Shown: positions 8,132 to 17,261 of the stretch, piece by piece
How positions within the stretch are numbered: the first letter of the stretch is position 1
How the letters are laid out: every line of letters begins with the position of its first letter
IMG/VR virus record: IMGVR_UViG_3300037424_000364
Coordinates: 1 to 27,755 of that record
Length of the DNA: 27,755 bases
Source of the DNA: a virus
Taxonomy: Duplodnaviria > Caudoviricetes
Strand: one strand, 5' to 3'
Program-made: the position numbers and the translations under genes
Notes under the pieces: model-generated
The model's input: only the letters and a program-made list of their open reading frames with translations
What the model was told of the DNA's origin: nothing
Database searches by the model: none

Positions 8132-9191
8132 TTTTCCCTTTCGGAGAAGTGAGGAAAATTGGAAGCGTCATCGTCATTCCATAGTCGCGATCAATCGCGA
8201 TAAACGCTTGCGTCGGGTGTTGGAATTCTGCCTTGATCTCCAGAGAAAATTCAGAGTACCCGATTAGACTTCCGCAGCTAACCCACTTCGGGTATCCAGG
8301 AAGAAACGTATGCCAGTGACCGAAGATGTCGAAGTCAACCGGAGTGGCCTTGTCCCACTGCGCAATAGACTTGTTCACTGGGATCGTGATGCCTCCGACG
8401 CCTCCGTTATACCGAAGTCCGTCGCCATGGTGGAATCGAACCTTCCGCCCTTGAATTGTCTGGATATTATGGTATCCGTTACCTACGCTCCACTTGACGC
8501 TACCGTCGTTCGTGTAGTAGCGTTCCAGCGTCTTATAGAGAAGCCACTCGTAGCTGTTTCGGCAACTCGTCTTAATGCGCTTCTTCTGCGTCGTTCTTCC
8601 GTGGTTACCGACACACGTCGGAACATATATCGGCATCTTCGTCTCCTTACGTAGGTGGTCGATGCCTGAGCAAATCATTTCCTGTAGGAAGACGCACGCC
8701 TCAGTCGGGCTCAGAGAGTTAGTCTCCATGAGTTCCTCATGGATGTACCCAGTAAGCAAGTCACCAAGAAGAGGGTGCCACACTTCGACAACTGGCGCAA
8801 TGCTACTGTACCAATCAATTAGCCTTACTGATTGTGTGTAGAACCGATTGATCCGAACCTCAGCCTCACGAATGTCGAAGCTGTTCTTCCCGTTCGTACC
8901 GTCACTACTGACCTGTTCCTCGACGTGCCAGTCCGACGCTGGTATTACGGCGGCAACTCCACGAGACTTCCCTTTCTTCGCTTGCTCAAATGACCTGATT
9001 GTCGTCTCTCCGCCAAGGTTAATTAGCGTCTCGATCTGCGCCTCACGATCCAGAGCGATCGTAGCCGCTTCACGATATCTGGCTCGCCAATGCGCGGCCT
9101 TGGCTGCTGATTTCTCGGCAGCAAAGGCTGACGTGTCCCTTTCTTCTTGCTGACATTCATCGACAACTTCTTCAGGCTTTCTTCGCGCCAT
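8112..9191 (-). CDS. Calcineurin-like metallophosphoesterase
   Basis: SDWH, LGD, GNHG, HHGD and GHWH motifs in the canonical order; N-terminal coiled coil. Confidence 0.88.
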   Translation of the reverse strand: MARRKPEEVVDECQQEERDTSAFAAEKSAAKAAHWRARYREAATIALDREAQIETLINLGGETTIRSFEQAKKGKSRGVAAVIPASDWHVEEQVSSDGTNGKNSFDIREAEVRINRFYTQSVRLIDWYSSIAPVVEVWHPLLGDLLTGYIHEELMETNSLSPTEACVFLQEMICSGIDHLRKETKMPIYVPTCVGNHGRTTQKKRIKTSCRNSYEWLLYKTLERYYTNDGSVKWSVGNGYHNIQTIQGRKVRFHHGDGLRYNGGVGGITIPVNKSIAQWDKATPVDFDIFGHWHTFLPGYPKWVSCGSLIGYSEFSLEIKAEFQHPTQAFIAIDRDYGMTMTLPIFLTSPKGKNALRKG

Positions 9192-9420
9192 CAATCAACT
9201 CCACTAGTGTTGCTCTTACTGTAATCACGGAACGCTTAACGCCAAGTTCACGTACCAAATTTCTTGCGAGTGAAGATACATTAACACCATTACGCTCACT
9301 CGCTAAGACAATAACCTCCATGACATACTCGCGCTCATCGTCAGTTAGCTCATCAATCCAACCTCGCGATCTAACAACTGACGAAGATTTCTCAATTAAC
9401 TCTTTCGCGTCACGAATCAT
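9172..9420 (-). CDS. Small helix-turn-helix-like protein
   Basis: 'VSSLARNLVRELGVKRSVITVRATL' helix pattern; ATGA coupling. Confidence 0.55.
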   Translation of the reverse strand: MIRDAKELIEKSSSVVRSRGWIDELTDDEREYVMEVIVLASERNGVNVSSLARNLVRELGVKRSVITVRATLVELIDGAKKA

Positions 9421-9920
9421 AATGTTCCTCTCACTCGTTTTAGTATCGCAGTTGCCCTTGTGGCAAGCTGCTTGAATAGTTGATTGTCAACTATGTTAAG
9501 CGCAGCAAGACTTTGCAGGTCATGCGCAAGAGCGAACAGCATTGGCGAGTCCACGATAAGACGTGCATTTGCCTGCTTTCTTGCTGACTCTCCAATAGGC
9601 CATAATGACCTGCAATCGTGCTGAACCACATCCCCTGACGATATGCAGTACCACGGAATGTCGCTCCTGTAGTCAGCTATCGCAATGACGTTCATATGAT
9701 GATTGTCAAGGTACCATGGCGGCGGTGCAAAGATAGTTTTCCCCGTAGCGTCAAGAATTCCAAGGTCGTCTAGGATTCCTGACCTGCTCCCATTTGACCT
9801 AGCTGACTTAACCCTCAGTACAGTGCTACGAGACACTCCAGATGCCCTAGCTACGTCTGAGGTGGATACACCAGCCTTCAGTAGCTTACGGATATCCCTC
9901 TCCACTCGAATTGGAATCAT
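9417..9920 (-). CDS. Protein with N-terminal HTH (Hin/resolvase-type) and uncharacterised C-terminal domain
   Basis: 'IRKLLKAGVSTSDVARASGVSRSTVLRV' HTH; C-terminal PW...ANARLI..SP motif common in phage proteins. Confidence 0.7.
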   Translation of the reverse strand: MIPIRVERDIRKLLKAGVSTSDVARASGVSRSTVLRVKSARSNGSRSGILDDLGILDATGKTIFAPPPWYLDNHHMNVIAIADYRSDIPWYCISSGDVVQHDCRSLWPIGESARKQANARLIVDSPMLFALAHDLQSLAALNIVDNQLFKQLATRATAILKRVRGTL

Positions 9921-10300
9921 TCATCCCTTTCTATAATTAACATGACTCTCGGGTATTCTTTGTCAATAAGAAACCTTGGAGAGCGCCTCTCAAGGTGCTC
10001 GTAATCGTCATCAACTATCAGGCCAGAATCAACGATCCCGTCGTACACGGCCTTCAGCGATGCCATCGCGTTATCTTGGTCGCGTCGTCGCTGTTGCTTA
10101 TAGTGAAAAGTAACCTCGACAGTTGCGTGCCTCCACGGGCCGGTGGTAATGCACTCAGCCTCAACAGCTTCCTTGGCCAGCCTTCGATAACGCTTCGATG
10201 CCGACGCCTTCATGTACCTACCGCCCATAGAACCAACCGGACAGTTAGGTGATAGGACTTTAGCAGGCAATGGAAGCGTAATAACAACCGTTTCCCTCAC
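9917..10300 (-). CDS. rusA: RusA-like Holliday junction resolvase
   Basis: LPLP...SPN, RRRDQDNAMASLKAVYDGIVDSGLIVDDD motif. Confidence 0.8.
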   Translation of the reverse strand: MRETVVITLPLPAKVLSPNCPVGSMGGRYMKASASKRYRRLAKEAVEAECITTGPWRHATVEVTFHYKQQRRRDQDNAMASLKAVYDGIVDSGLIVDDDYEHLERRSPRFLIDKEYPRVMLIIERDE

Positions 10301-12537
10301 TGGACGATGCCCTCGTGCTTCGCAAAATTCGACGCAGACCAGTACATTACCTGCCGGCTATTTGGCACTGCCTTACTCGCAACCTGGCCGGCATCCACGA
10401 GATCAGCAAGTAGAGGCTTTCGATCGGAAGCGTTGAGCCATTTTGTAGCCTTTGTCAGTGCTGTCGTATTACAGCCTTCTACTCCGGCTGATGTAATCAC
10501 GTCAAGAATGCGCTGCTTATTAAGCTCGACCTTATTCTCGGCGATCCTTGGAACGATGTTCGCAGTGAAGTCACATATCAGCGTGCGAATCAAACGACAC
10601 GCATACTCAGCTATAGGACCAGTTATCTCTGGAGCGTCGAAGCTATCGCCAGAAGCAATGATGAGCGCAATGCGCCTAGCATTCTCCTCTGCCTTAGCCC
10701 ACAGAGCACGGAATTGCGGTGAGATGATGCCCATATTATGAGCATCGTCATCGAGCCTCTCAAATTCCAATTCTGAATCACTACCGCTGTGAACTACGAT
10801 TTGTTTTGGGCACGGTGACGTTACACCTGGGTGAAGAGAGCCACCAGTTATATTTGCGAAGTCAGCACCCTGCTCTGGAATGCGGGTGAACCACTGGCTC
10901 ACCTGTTCGATTATGTGGCCAGGAACATCCAGCTCCACTATTCCTCGCCTCTTGCGTGGATCGCTTTTTGTCTGAAATACTAGACACCGACTAAGCCACC
11001 CATCGTCAAGCTCGCTACGCGATACGCCATCAGAAAAGCGGTCAGGAGTTGACGTTCCATAGATGCAGCAGCACGGCTGGGACAGCCTAACGGCCGGTCG
11101 TGAAGCGCACTCCTTTCCGATATACACGTTTCCTGACGACGAGTAGAGCTTCATTAGTGCCGGCACGATCTTTGCCGTATGCTGGCTACTTCCGTCCTTA
11201 ATAGACGACATAAGAAAACCTATCTCGTCCATCATAAACAGGGTTGATTCATGCCGCTCAAGGCGCTGCTCAATCGCAGCATCGCTGGCCAGGTCGTCGC
11301 CGCCTATAAGGTCTCCGCACCCAGAGATGTCAGCTAATCGGCGTATCTGATTAGGAGCGTGTGCCTTCCCGGCGCTTGAGTGTGCCACCCCCATGCAGTA
11401 CACGTTCGTCCTGAGACCTGATTGCGTTCTGACCTTCCGACCGAACAGAGCGCCAAGGAACGCCAGTACGCACCCAAGTGTCAGCCACGGTTGCTCCTTG
11501 ATGGATGTTTCATTGATCCATGAGCACACCTCACCAGCAAGTCCTACCGGACGGCATAGGTATTCAACCTCGCTTGGATCACTCTCGTATGACGCATCGA
11601 ATGTTGCAGGAGGAACCACGTTTACTAGTAACCCAGAGAAGTCCATGAGTGGCAGGTCGTCACCTCTCAGGTTTCCTCGCCTCTCATTGCGCGGCTGCTT
11701 ATTCGCCTCAGACACCTTCCGGCGCAGGTCCTTGTAGTCGGCCTGGTCACCAAGGTCCCATGGCGGCTGGCACCGCGGGTTCCACTCTTCAGCCAGGTAC
11801 TTGAACGCGGTTTCCTCGTCCAAGTCCCACCCTTGGACAAGACGAATAGCGTGGCGCAAGCATGTGTCGTGGCCACGCTCCCCCTGGGTCGCTATGTCGT
11901 AGGTCGCAATGTCAGCACGAATGCGGCGATCCAAGTCTGCGTCAACCGGGCTTCCTGCGGCAGGAACCTCAACTGCGACGGCCTGCGCTGCGGCTTGCCT
12001 ACGCCACGGCACTACAGCCATTGGACGCATGAAGTCAGGAAACTCACCGTACTCAGTTTCCCACGGCGACTTCCCGGCCGACCATGCGTAGGTTCCTCCG
12101 TTCGGGTGGACGCTTGGTGCAAGTACGACGTAGTATCCAGTCGATCGGATGTCGATTCCAGGGCAGAATGCATTCTTATTGGCAGGCGGAGCGTCCGATC
12201 GGTAGAAGAAGTGAGCGCCTCCGCGAGGTGTGTCTTGGCGAACCGTGTTCGGCAGGAACTTCCCGATGTCTTGGAACTTCTGGATAGTCGCCCACCCGTC
12301 GATACCGCTCTCCTGCACGTCAACGTCCACGACGAAGATACCGCTTTCCGTACCGCACGCAACGGCGATGTTCGCATCAGGCCACTTCGCCCACCACGCC
12401 CTAATCTGTGCCTCGTCCGTGGTAGCGTCCTTCACGCCATGCTGGCAAGCTGGAACCTTCTGCTTCGGAAGGCAAGGGAACACGCGCCACTCGAGCGCAG
12501 CGTATCGCAAGGCCCAATCTAGAAAGCTAGCCGACAT
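10297..12537 (-). CDS. Bifunctional DNA primase/polymerase (Prim-Pol) fused to a DUF3987-type ATPase/helicase domain
   Basis: VFPC...K.P...HGVKDATTD..QI..WW..WPDANIA, VVDVD, TPRGGAHFFY, GIDIR..GYYVV.APS.H; C-terminal SSAGK and MMDEIG. SD GGAGG before ATG 12537. Confidence 0.9.
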   Translation of the reverse strand: MSASFLDWALRYAALEWRVFPCLPKQKVPACQHGVKDATTDEAQIRAWWAKWPDANIAVACGTESGIFVVDVDVQESGIDGWATIQKFQDIGKFLPNTVRQDTPRGGAHFFYRSDAPPANKNAFCPGIDIRSTGYYVVLAPSVHPNGGTYAWSAGKSPWETEYGEFPDFMRPMAVVPWRRQAAAQAVAVEVPAAGSPVDADLDRRIRADIATYDIATQGERGHDTCLRHAIRLVQGWDLDEETAFKYLAEEWNPRCQPPWDLGDQADYKDLRRKVSEANKQPRNERRGNLRGDDLPLMDFSGLLVNVVPPATFDASYESDPSEVEYLCRPVGLAGEVCSWINETSIKEQPWLTLGCVLAFLGALFGRKVRTQSGLRTNVYCMGVAHSSAGKAHAPNQIRRLADISGCGDLIGGDDLASDAAIEQRLERHESTLFMMDEIGFLMSSIKDGSSQHTAKIVPALMKLYSSSGNVYIGKECASRPAVRLSQPCCCIYGTSTPDRFSDGVSRSELDDGWLSRCLVFQTKSDPRKRRGIVELDVPGHIIEQVSQWFTRIPEQGADFANITGGSLHPGVTSPCPKQIVVHSGSDSELEFERLDDDAHNMGIISPQFRALWAKAEENARRIALIIASGDSFDAPEITGPIAEYACRLIRTLICDFTANIVPRIAENKVELNKQRILDVITSAGVEGCNTTALTKATKWLNASDRKPLLADLVDAGQVASKAVPNSRQVMYWSASNFAKHEGIVQ

Positions 12538-14140
12538 TCGCAACCTCCTGGTTGTACCCAACTACTTCCATGTACTTTCCCGCTCTGCGAACGGTTATTG
12601 AGGATGTCCAGTCAAGTAGCTCCTGGCTCAGCAGCAGGCTAGCGAGAGCAGAATCAACCGACATGCGGTCGCCCCGCTTCAGTGGCCATCGTTTGCGCCA
12701 CCAAGCCTGTCCAATCTCGCCTGCCGAACCATCGTGATCGAGGCATACCCATTCTCGAAAAGTTGTTAGACCGCACCTGTACTGCACGCGCAGCGAGTCC
12801 GGTGACCCATCCTTACAGTGACGAGACACCTGGATTGAGTCAACCCTGAACGTCTCTGGCTCAGAAGCTAATATAGAGCGATCGGAAGCCTTGACGCCAT
12901 GCATACGACGCTCACGCTCGATTCTGTCAAGTCGTTCGATCTCCTGTTTGGGAATAATCCATCCACATATTGGGCAAGCGCCAACTGCTCGACTGAAGGA
13001 CTCCCTGCAATTGCAACACGTAGCCAATACGCATGGTCCTCCATTAAGAAGATCAATAGGTCCGTGCGTCTCGATACACTGAGCGAAGTCCAAAACGAGG
13101 CAGTCTCGCTTACTTGGATGCACGCGAAGTCCCCTGCCAACCATTTGTGAGTAGAGACCGGCAGAGAGAGTCGGTCTGAGAAGGACGATACAATCAACGT
13201 GTCTTGCATTGAAGCCTTCAGAAAAGACATTTACGTTACAGATCGCACGTAACCTACCATCCTTGAATTCCCTTACGATCCTGTCTCTCTCTAGCTGTGT
13301 TGTCTTTGCCGTTATTGGCGGAGCCACTATCCCGTGCCGCCTAAGCTCGTTAGACACCTTCACGCAATGCGCAACATCAACCGCAAAAAAAACAATAGCT
13401 TTCCTATTCTCAGCTTTAATTATTCGCACTGCCTCAGCAACGGCCGAGCCAACCAACACGTCAGCGTTCGTAGCCTTCGACAACGAGTTTGTGATGTAAT
13501 CTCCACCAGAATTGCGCTTCACTTCAGACAAGTCCGGCTGCGTAATTCCAACTTTTGATCGCAACTTGCACAGGTACCCGTCTCGAATCAGGTTGGCAAC
13601 ATTAGCCTCATAACACACCTCGTTCAGGATATGGTCTTTATAACAAATCTCACCGCACCCCATTCTGAATGGAGTCGCAGTCCACCCGATTACGCGGAGA
13701 CCTGGATTAAACCTACGGCTCTCATTAATAAACGTTCGGTATTTACCCTCGCCTGATGGTGGTATTCTGTGCGCCTCGTCCACCATGATTACATCCCATG
13801 GCGGGAAGTCGCCTGCACGATTGTATACTGAGTCAATCGACGCGAAGAGTATGCTAGAGTCGTAGTCGCGCCGATCTAACGCAGCCGAGTAGATTCCAAT
13901 GTCTCCACCATGCAGGAAACTGCGAAGCTCATTTGCGTTTTGCTCAATCAATTCCTTTCGATGGGCGAGAATAATGCACCTGAACCACGGACACGATTCC
14001 TTCCACTTCTGAATCGACCACCCTATCAGCGCTGACTTTCCTCCACCGGTCGGAATTACTACACACGGGTTCGTCGTCTTCTCACAGACGTACCCATGCA
14101 GCGCGTCAAGCGCTTCCTGTTGGTATGGGTATGGAATCAT
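12527..14140 (-). CDS. Superfamily 2 DEAD/DEAH helicase (RadD/YejH-like) with Zn finger
   Basis: YQ..A, PTGGGKS, DEAH, TATPFR, SEGFN, QMVGRGLR; CxxC...CxxC. Confidence 0.93.
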   Translation of the reverse strand: MIPYPYQQEALDALHGYVCEKTTNPCVVIPTGGGKSALIGWSIQKWKESCPWFRCIILAHRKELIEQNANELRSFLHGGDIGIYSAALDRRDYDSSILFASIDSVYNRAGDFPPWDVIMVDEAHRIPPSGEGKYRTFINESRRFNPGLRVIGWTATPFRMGCGEICYKDHILNEVCYEANVANLIRDGYLCKLRSKVGITQPDLSEVKRNSGGDYITNSLSKATNADVLVGSAVAEAVRIIKAENRKAIVFFAVDVAHCVKVSNELRRHGIVAPPITAKTTQLERDRIVREFKDGRLRAICNVNVFSEGFNARHVDCIVLLRPTLSAGLYSQMVGRGLRVHPSKRDCLVLDFAQCIETHGPIDLLNGGPCVLATCCNCRESFSRAVGACPICGWIIPKQEIERLDRIERERRMHGVKASDRSILASEPETFRVDSIQVSRHCKDGSPDSLRVQYRCGLTTFREWVCLDHDGSAGEIGQAWWRKRWPLKRGDRMSVDSALASLLLSQELLDWTSSITVRRAGKYMEVVGYNQEVANVG

Positions 14141-14319
14141 CACAACTCCCAGCCTCGATACTTACCGTACCCGTCACCCGACTCTGGATCGCGTTTTGCT
14201 TTGCGGCGCTCGGCCCTGGCCTTCCATCTCTTCAGCCAGTAATGGTAACTAAGTCGGTGCCGGCCCTTCGCGTAGATTCCGTTCGCATCAGCCTTCTCGA
14301 CTAGTCTTCCAATGCCCAT
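14140..14319 (-). CDS. Small basic hypothetical protein (cassette gene A, copy 2)
   Basis: TAATG/TGATG translational coupling; paralog at 14668-14841. Confidence 0.7.
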   Translation of the reverse strand: MGIGRLVEKADANGIYAKGRHRLSYHYWLKRWKARAERRKAKRDPESGDGYGKYRGWEL

Positions 14320-14546
14320 TACCACCTAGCCTCGAATTCAAAGACTCCGTAACCCAATCGCGACTTCAACTCTCGCACTGAACAGCTAGCGGTCGAATGC
14401 AGCTCGACTGAGTTACCAATCTTTCTGCGAACACGCGCCCACAGGGTAAGCCTCATGGATTCAAACCACTGAGCATCTCTCATTTCAAGTACGTATGATC
14501 GCCCTTGAAACCTTGGGTAGTTCGCAAGTAATGATGTTCTTCCCAT
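14319..14546 (-). CDS. Hypothetical protein (cassette gene B, copy 2)
   Basis: MGRTSLLANYP...SVRELKS..GYGVFEFEARW; paralog at 14841-15059. Confidence 0.75.
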   Translation of the reverse strand: MGRTSLLANYPRFQGRSYVLEMRDAQWFESMRLTLWARVRRKIGNSVELHSTASCSVRELKSRLGYGVFEFEARW

Positions 14547-14671
14547 CACTTATTCACCTTCGCAATAACTAGTAGTGCAAGGAACGAGATTGCAATAATA
14601 AGAACAATCCCAATAGTCTGTGCGATCTCGACGGCAATTGGTGCGACCGCATCTTGGATGCCATGGCTCAC
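14546..14671 (-). CDS. Small single-TM protein (cassette gene C, 5'-truncated copy)
   Basis: A GTG overlapping the stop of gene A' gives 41 aa (VSHGIQDAVAPIAVEIAQ + TM helix); start uncertain. Confidence 0.5.
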   Translation of the reverse strand: MSHGIQDAVAPIAVEIAQTIGIVLIIAISFLALLVIAKVNK

Positions 14672-14841
14672 CTCGCCTCTGGTACGCTCAACAGTGCGCT
14701 CGCCTCTGGATCGCGCTTCGCCTTGCGGCGCTCGGCCCTTGCCTTCCATCTCTTCAGCCAGTAGTGGTAGCTTAGGCGGTGCCGGCCCTTCGTGTAGATT
14801 CCGTTCGCGTCAGCCTTCTCGACAAGCCTTCCAATTCCCAT
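14668..14841 (-). CDS. Small basic protein (cassette gene A', copy 1, new C-terminus from the junction)
   Basis: Hand-translated 57 aa MGIGRLVEKADANGIYTKGRHRLSYHYWLKRWKARAERRKAKRDPEASALLSVPEAR; not in the ORF track. Confidence 0.65.
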   Translation of the reverse strand: MGIGRLVEKADANGIYTKGRHRLSYHYWLKRWKARAERRKAKRDPEASALLSVPEAR

Positions 14842-15059
14842 CACCACCTAGCCTCAAATTCAAACACACCGTATCCAGCCTGTGATTTCAATTCTCGTAC
14901 TGATATGTCCACGATCTTTGGATACCCAATAATCTTCCTGTAGGCCCTATCCGCAATCATGTCCTTCATTGATTCAAACCACTGAATGTCCCTTAGCAAC
15001 ATGACGTGCCGAGGTCCATGAAATGTTGGATAATTAGCAAGTAGGGATGTCCTGCCCAT
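14841..15059 (-). CDS. Hypothetical protein (cassette gene B, copy 1)
   Basis: Paralog of 14319-14546 with the same termini. Confidence 0.75.
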   Translation of the reverse strand: MGRTSLLANYPTFHGPRHVMLLRDIQWFESMKDMIADRAYRKIIGYPKIVDISVRELKSQAGYGVFEFEARW

Positions 15060-15256
15060 CACTTACTAATCCTCACAATGGCTAGCATCGCAATGAACGC
15101 GATCGCAATGATTAGTACGCACCCGACGGCCTGGGCGATTTCGACGGCAATTGGTGCGATTGCATCCTGAATGCCCTGACTAACCTCGCCCCTGGTGCGC
15201 TCTACGGTGCGCTCCACAAGATCGCGAATGAAGTCTCTAAGTGGTGCTCGCATCAT
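15059..15256 (-). CDS. Small single-TM protein (cassette gene C, full copy)
   Basis: ATGA overlap with the nuclease stop; C-terminal hydrophobic helix. Confidence 0.7.
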   Translation of the reverse strand: MMRAPLRDFIRDLVERTVERTRGEVSQGIQDAIAPIAVEIAQAVGCVLIIAIAFIAMLAIVRISK

Positions 15257-16611
15257 TCTTTTCCAGCGCGTATCTCCGCGCGCCTCTTCCACTGGTCCCC
15301 GGTTGCGTGCCACAGTACGGCAATGCGGCCACCCTCGAATTCCGCTACGTCGTGGTCGAACGACTGGCTTCTTGCGATTGGAGTCAGACCATTCAGTGGC
15401 TCGCTAAATGCGGACCTCCATGCGTCGAACAACTCATCTGGAAACCCGCTCCACACAAGACGCGAGTCCGGCTCCGGGTATCTGTCAAGAATGTCATCGA
15501 CGACATGGAACCCGGTAGCCCCAAACAGGTCGCTCGACGTTGCGATCATCTTATTGGTGAGCGCTGTGCTAGGTAACGACGCCAAGTCCCAGCTTGTCAG
15601 CCGTCCTGGTCCGCGGCCAGATTGCCACCTGTCATCCGATCCATCGCACTTGACGTTCTCGAATGTGATGTACGATCCGTTATCGTCCTGCCCGTAGTCA
15701 ACGGGCACTGCCTCATGCACGAGGCGCGGTAGGATCAGGTGATCCTGGCACGACTTTTGCTGATCGTTTCGCGATAGTGCCCGCTTATGCTTCTCACACT
15801 GCCACCGTGCAGAGTTCCCGTCGTCGATTACGGGAGTTGCGTGACAGCACTGCCGGCACGAGATCGACGGGACCGGAACTGTAATTAGCGGGTTACCGTT
15901 GCATATCGCCTTGGCATCGCACCATTGGCATTCGTACCAATCACATCGCTCAGACATCTTTTTAGGTGGCTCGTTGGACCTGATAATGGTCTCGGCGCGC
16001 TCCATTATGCACTCTGCATACAGCTTGTCGTAGTGTATGCGTTCAGTATATAGCTCGTCAGTGTCCTTGTTTCTGGCCAGGTACAGCGCACGAGTTAGCC
16101 CACCGAGATGCATATACGCCTGCATCTGAGCGTAATGTTGCGGCTTACAATTCTCGACGCCTTCCTTCTTCAGCTTCGTAAAAGACTTGGTATTATGCGT
16201 CTTAAACTCCAGTAGGTGCCATGTCTTTTGGGCCTCCGGCACACCAAGAGCGCATCCATCCATGTGACCTGAAAAGTGTCCACCAAGAGCATAAACCGCA
16301 AACTGGTTTCCGTGCTCGTCAACGTCATGCACTTCGCAGCCGATCGCCCTCAAGTCAGCGACGAATCTAGCTTCCTCAAGGTCACCGGTAGCGAACAGTC
16401 GGTACATGCGGCCGTCAAATTCCGTCTTACAGCAGTCTCGGAATGCGTACCACAGATAACGGGCACAAGGGTGTCCTATGATAGACGCCCCAAGGTATCC
16501 GCGCGACGGTTCTGCATCGCCACGGAGCTTATACGCTTCGTAGATTGCGGCCACCGTCTTCGACTCTTTCGGCAGTATGCCTGTCAGGTCGCCCACTACA
16601 TATTTCTCCAT
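15253..16611 (-). CDS. Cas4-like PD-(D/E)xK exonuclease (phage recombination nuclease)
   Basis: YLGASIIGHPCAR.LWY, GHMDG, LLEFKT, HYAQMQAYM, CQWC...C cluster cysteines. Confidence 0.88.
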   Translation of the reverse strand: MEKYVVGDLTGILPKESKTVAAIYEAYKLRGDAEPSRGYLGASIIGHPCARYLWYAFRDCCKTEFDGRMYRLFATGDLEEARFVADLRAIGCEVHDVDEHGNQFAVYALGGHFSGHMDGCALGVPEAQKTWHLLEFKTHNTKSFTKLKKEGVENCKPQHYAQMQAYMHLGGLTRALYLARNKDTDELYTERIHYDKLYAECIMERAETIIRSNEPPKKMSERCDWYECQWCDAKAICNGNPLITVPVPSISCRQCCHATPVIDDGNSARWQCEKHKRALSRNDQQKSCQDHLILPRLVHEAVPVDYGQDDNGSYITFENVKCDGSDDRWQSGRGPGRLTSWDLASLPSTALTNKMIATSSDLFGATGFHVVDDILDRYPEPDSRLVWSGFPDELFDAWRSAFSEPLNGLTPIARSQSFDHDVAEFEGGRIAVLWHATGDQWKRRAEIRAGKE

Positions 16612-16856
16612 GTTTCCATAATTGCATCCGCAACTGTCGATAGCGAGTAGCTTGTAATCACAAGGCTCCTGGCGTCTAGCGAATAGATGTACAGCTTCTC
16701 AGAGCTTAGGTTGAATACCACTTTCCCGTTCGGCTCATCAAACCACACTGACACCGTTTCGTCAGACCTACACCTGAAGTGTAGGTGCCCCAGCAACTCT
16801 CCAATCTGTCTGAAGAAGTCGTCATTCATCGTGTTAATGCGAATCATAGCCTTCAT
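16596..16856 (-). CDS. Hypothetical protein
   Basis: Packed ORF; ATG 16856 preferred. Confidence 0.6.
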   Translation of the reverse strand: MKAMIRINTMNDDFFRQIGELLGHLHFRCRSDETVSVWFDEPNGKVVFNLSSEKLYIYSLDARSLVITSYSLSTVADAIMETWRNM

Positions 16857-17055
16857 CGTGTCCCCACTTAACGAAATTTCGCATAGCAACACAGAACATT
16901 ACTGCCTCAATACAGATCAAGTCGAACCGCATCATGCGAACCCCCTCCGTGATCCAGCACGCTCCGCCGACCATGGTGAAAAGGAACGCCCACCTCTTTC
17001 GGTGACCGATGTTCCATGCACCAAAGATGATGAGAGCATTTCCGATCCAACCCAT
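16834..17055 (-). CDS. Small 3-TM protein, PnuC/SemiSWEET half-transporter-like
   Basis: GWIG..LIIFGAW.IG.RKRWAFL....G.ACW.......FD.......F..A.RNF.KW pattern, three hydrophobic segments. Confidence 0.6.
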   Translation of the reverse strand: MGWIGNALIIFGAWNIGHRKRWAFLFTMVGGACWITEGVRMMRFDLICIEAVMFCVAMRNFVKWGHDEGYDSH

Positions 17056-17233
17056 GTAAGCACCACAAGGTTAGTGGCAGTCCGGATGCTTTGCAGCCGG
17101 AAGGTTTCTGTCGCAACGCCGGCCCTCTTTTACTGCCACTAACCTTACGTGGGCGCGAGCGGTACGGATGAGAAGGCGGCGCTGCCAATAGCATTCAGCC
17201 TGGCCCGCATGACGACCATCCGTACCGCTCGCG
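17051..17233 (-). ncRNA. Candidate structured RNA: two adjacent long perfect stems with large loops
   Basis: 17-bp perfect IR at 17154-17170/17217-17233 and 15-bp perfect IR at 17067-17081/17132-17146, in the only sizeable gap of the replication operon. Confidence 0.6.
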
Positions 17234-17261
17234 TCCGTGCGAAGCGGGGCAACACGAGAAA

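Larger units (their letters stand above)
14182..15214. repeat. Diverged tandem duplication of about 0.52 kb (14182-14703 / 14704-15214)
   Basis: Both units start CTCTGGATCGCG and are colinear; they encode paralogous small ORFs. Confidence 0.92.

Noticed and set aside
14182-15214. Duplication as a DGR template/variable repeat pair
   Set aside because: Differences are mostly silent third-position changes, not adenine-specific, and no reverse transcriptase is present in the window
15253-16611. Cas4-like gene as part of a CRISPR-Cas system
   Set aside because: No array or other cas genes; it sits in the usual Sak4-DUF669-nuclease-helicase phage module
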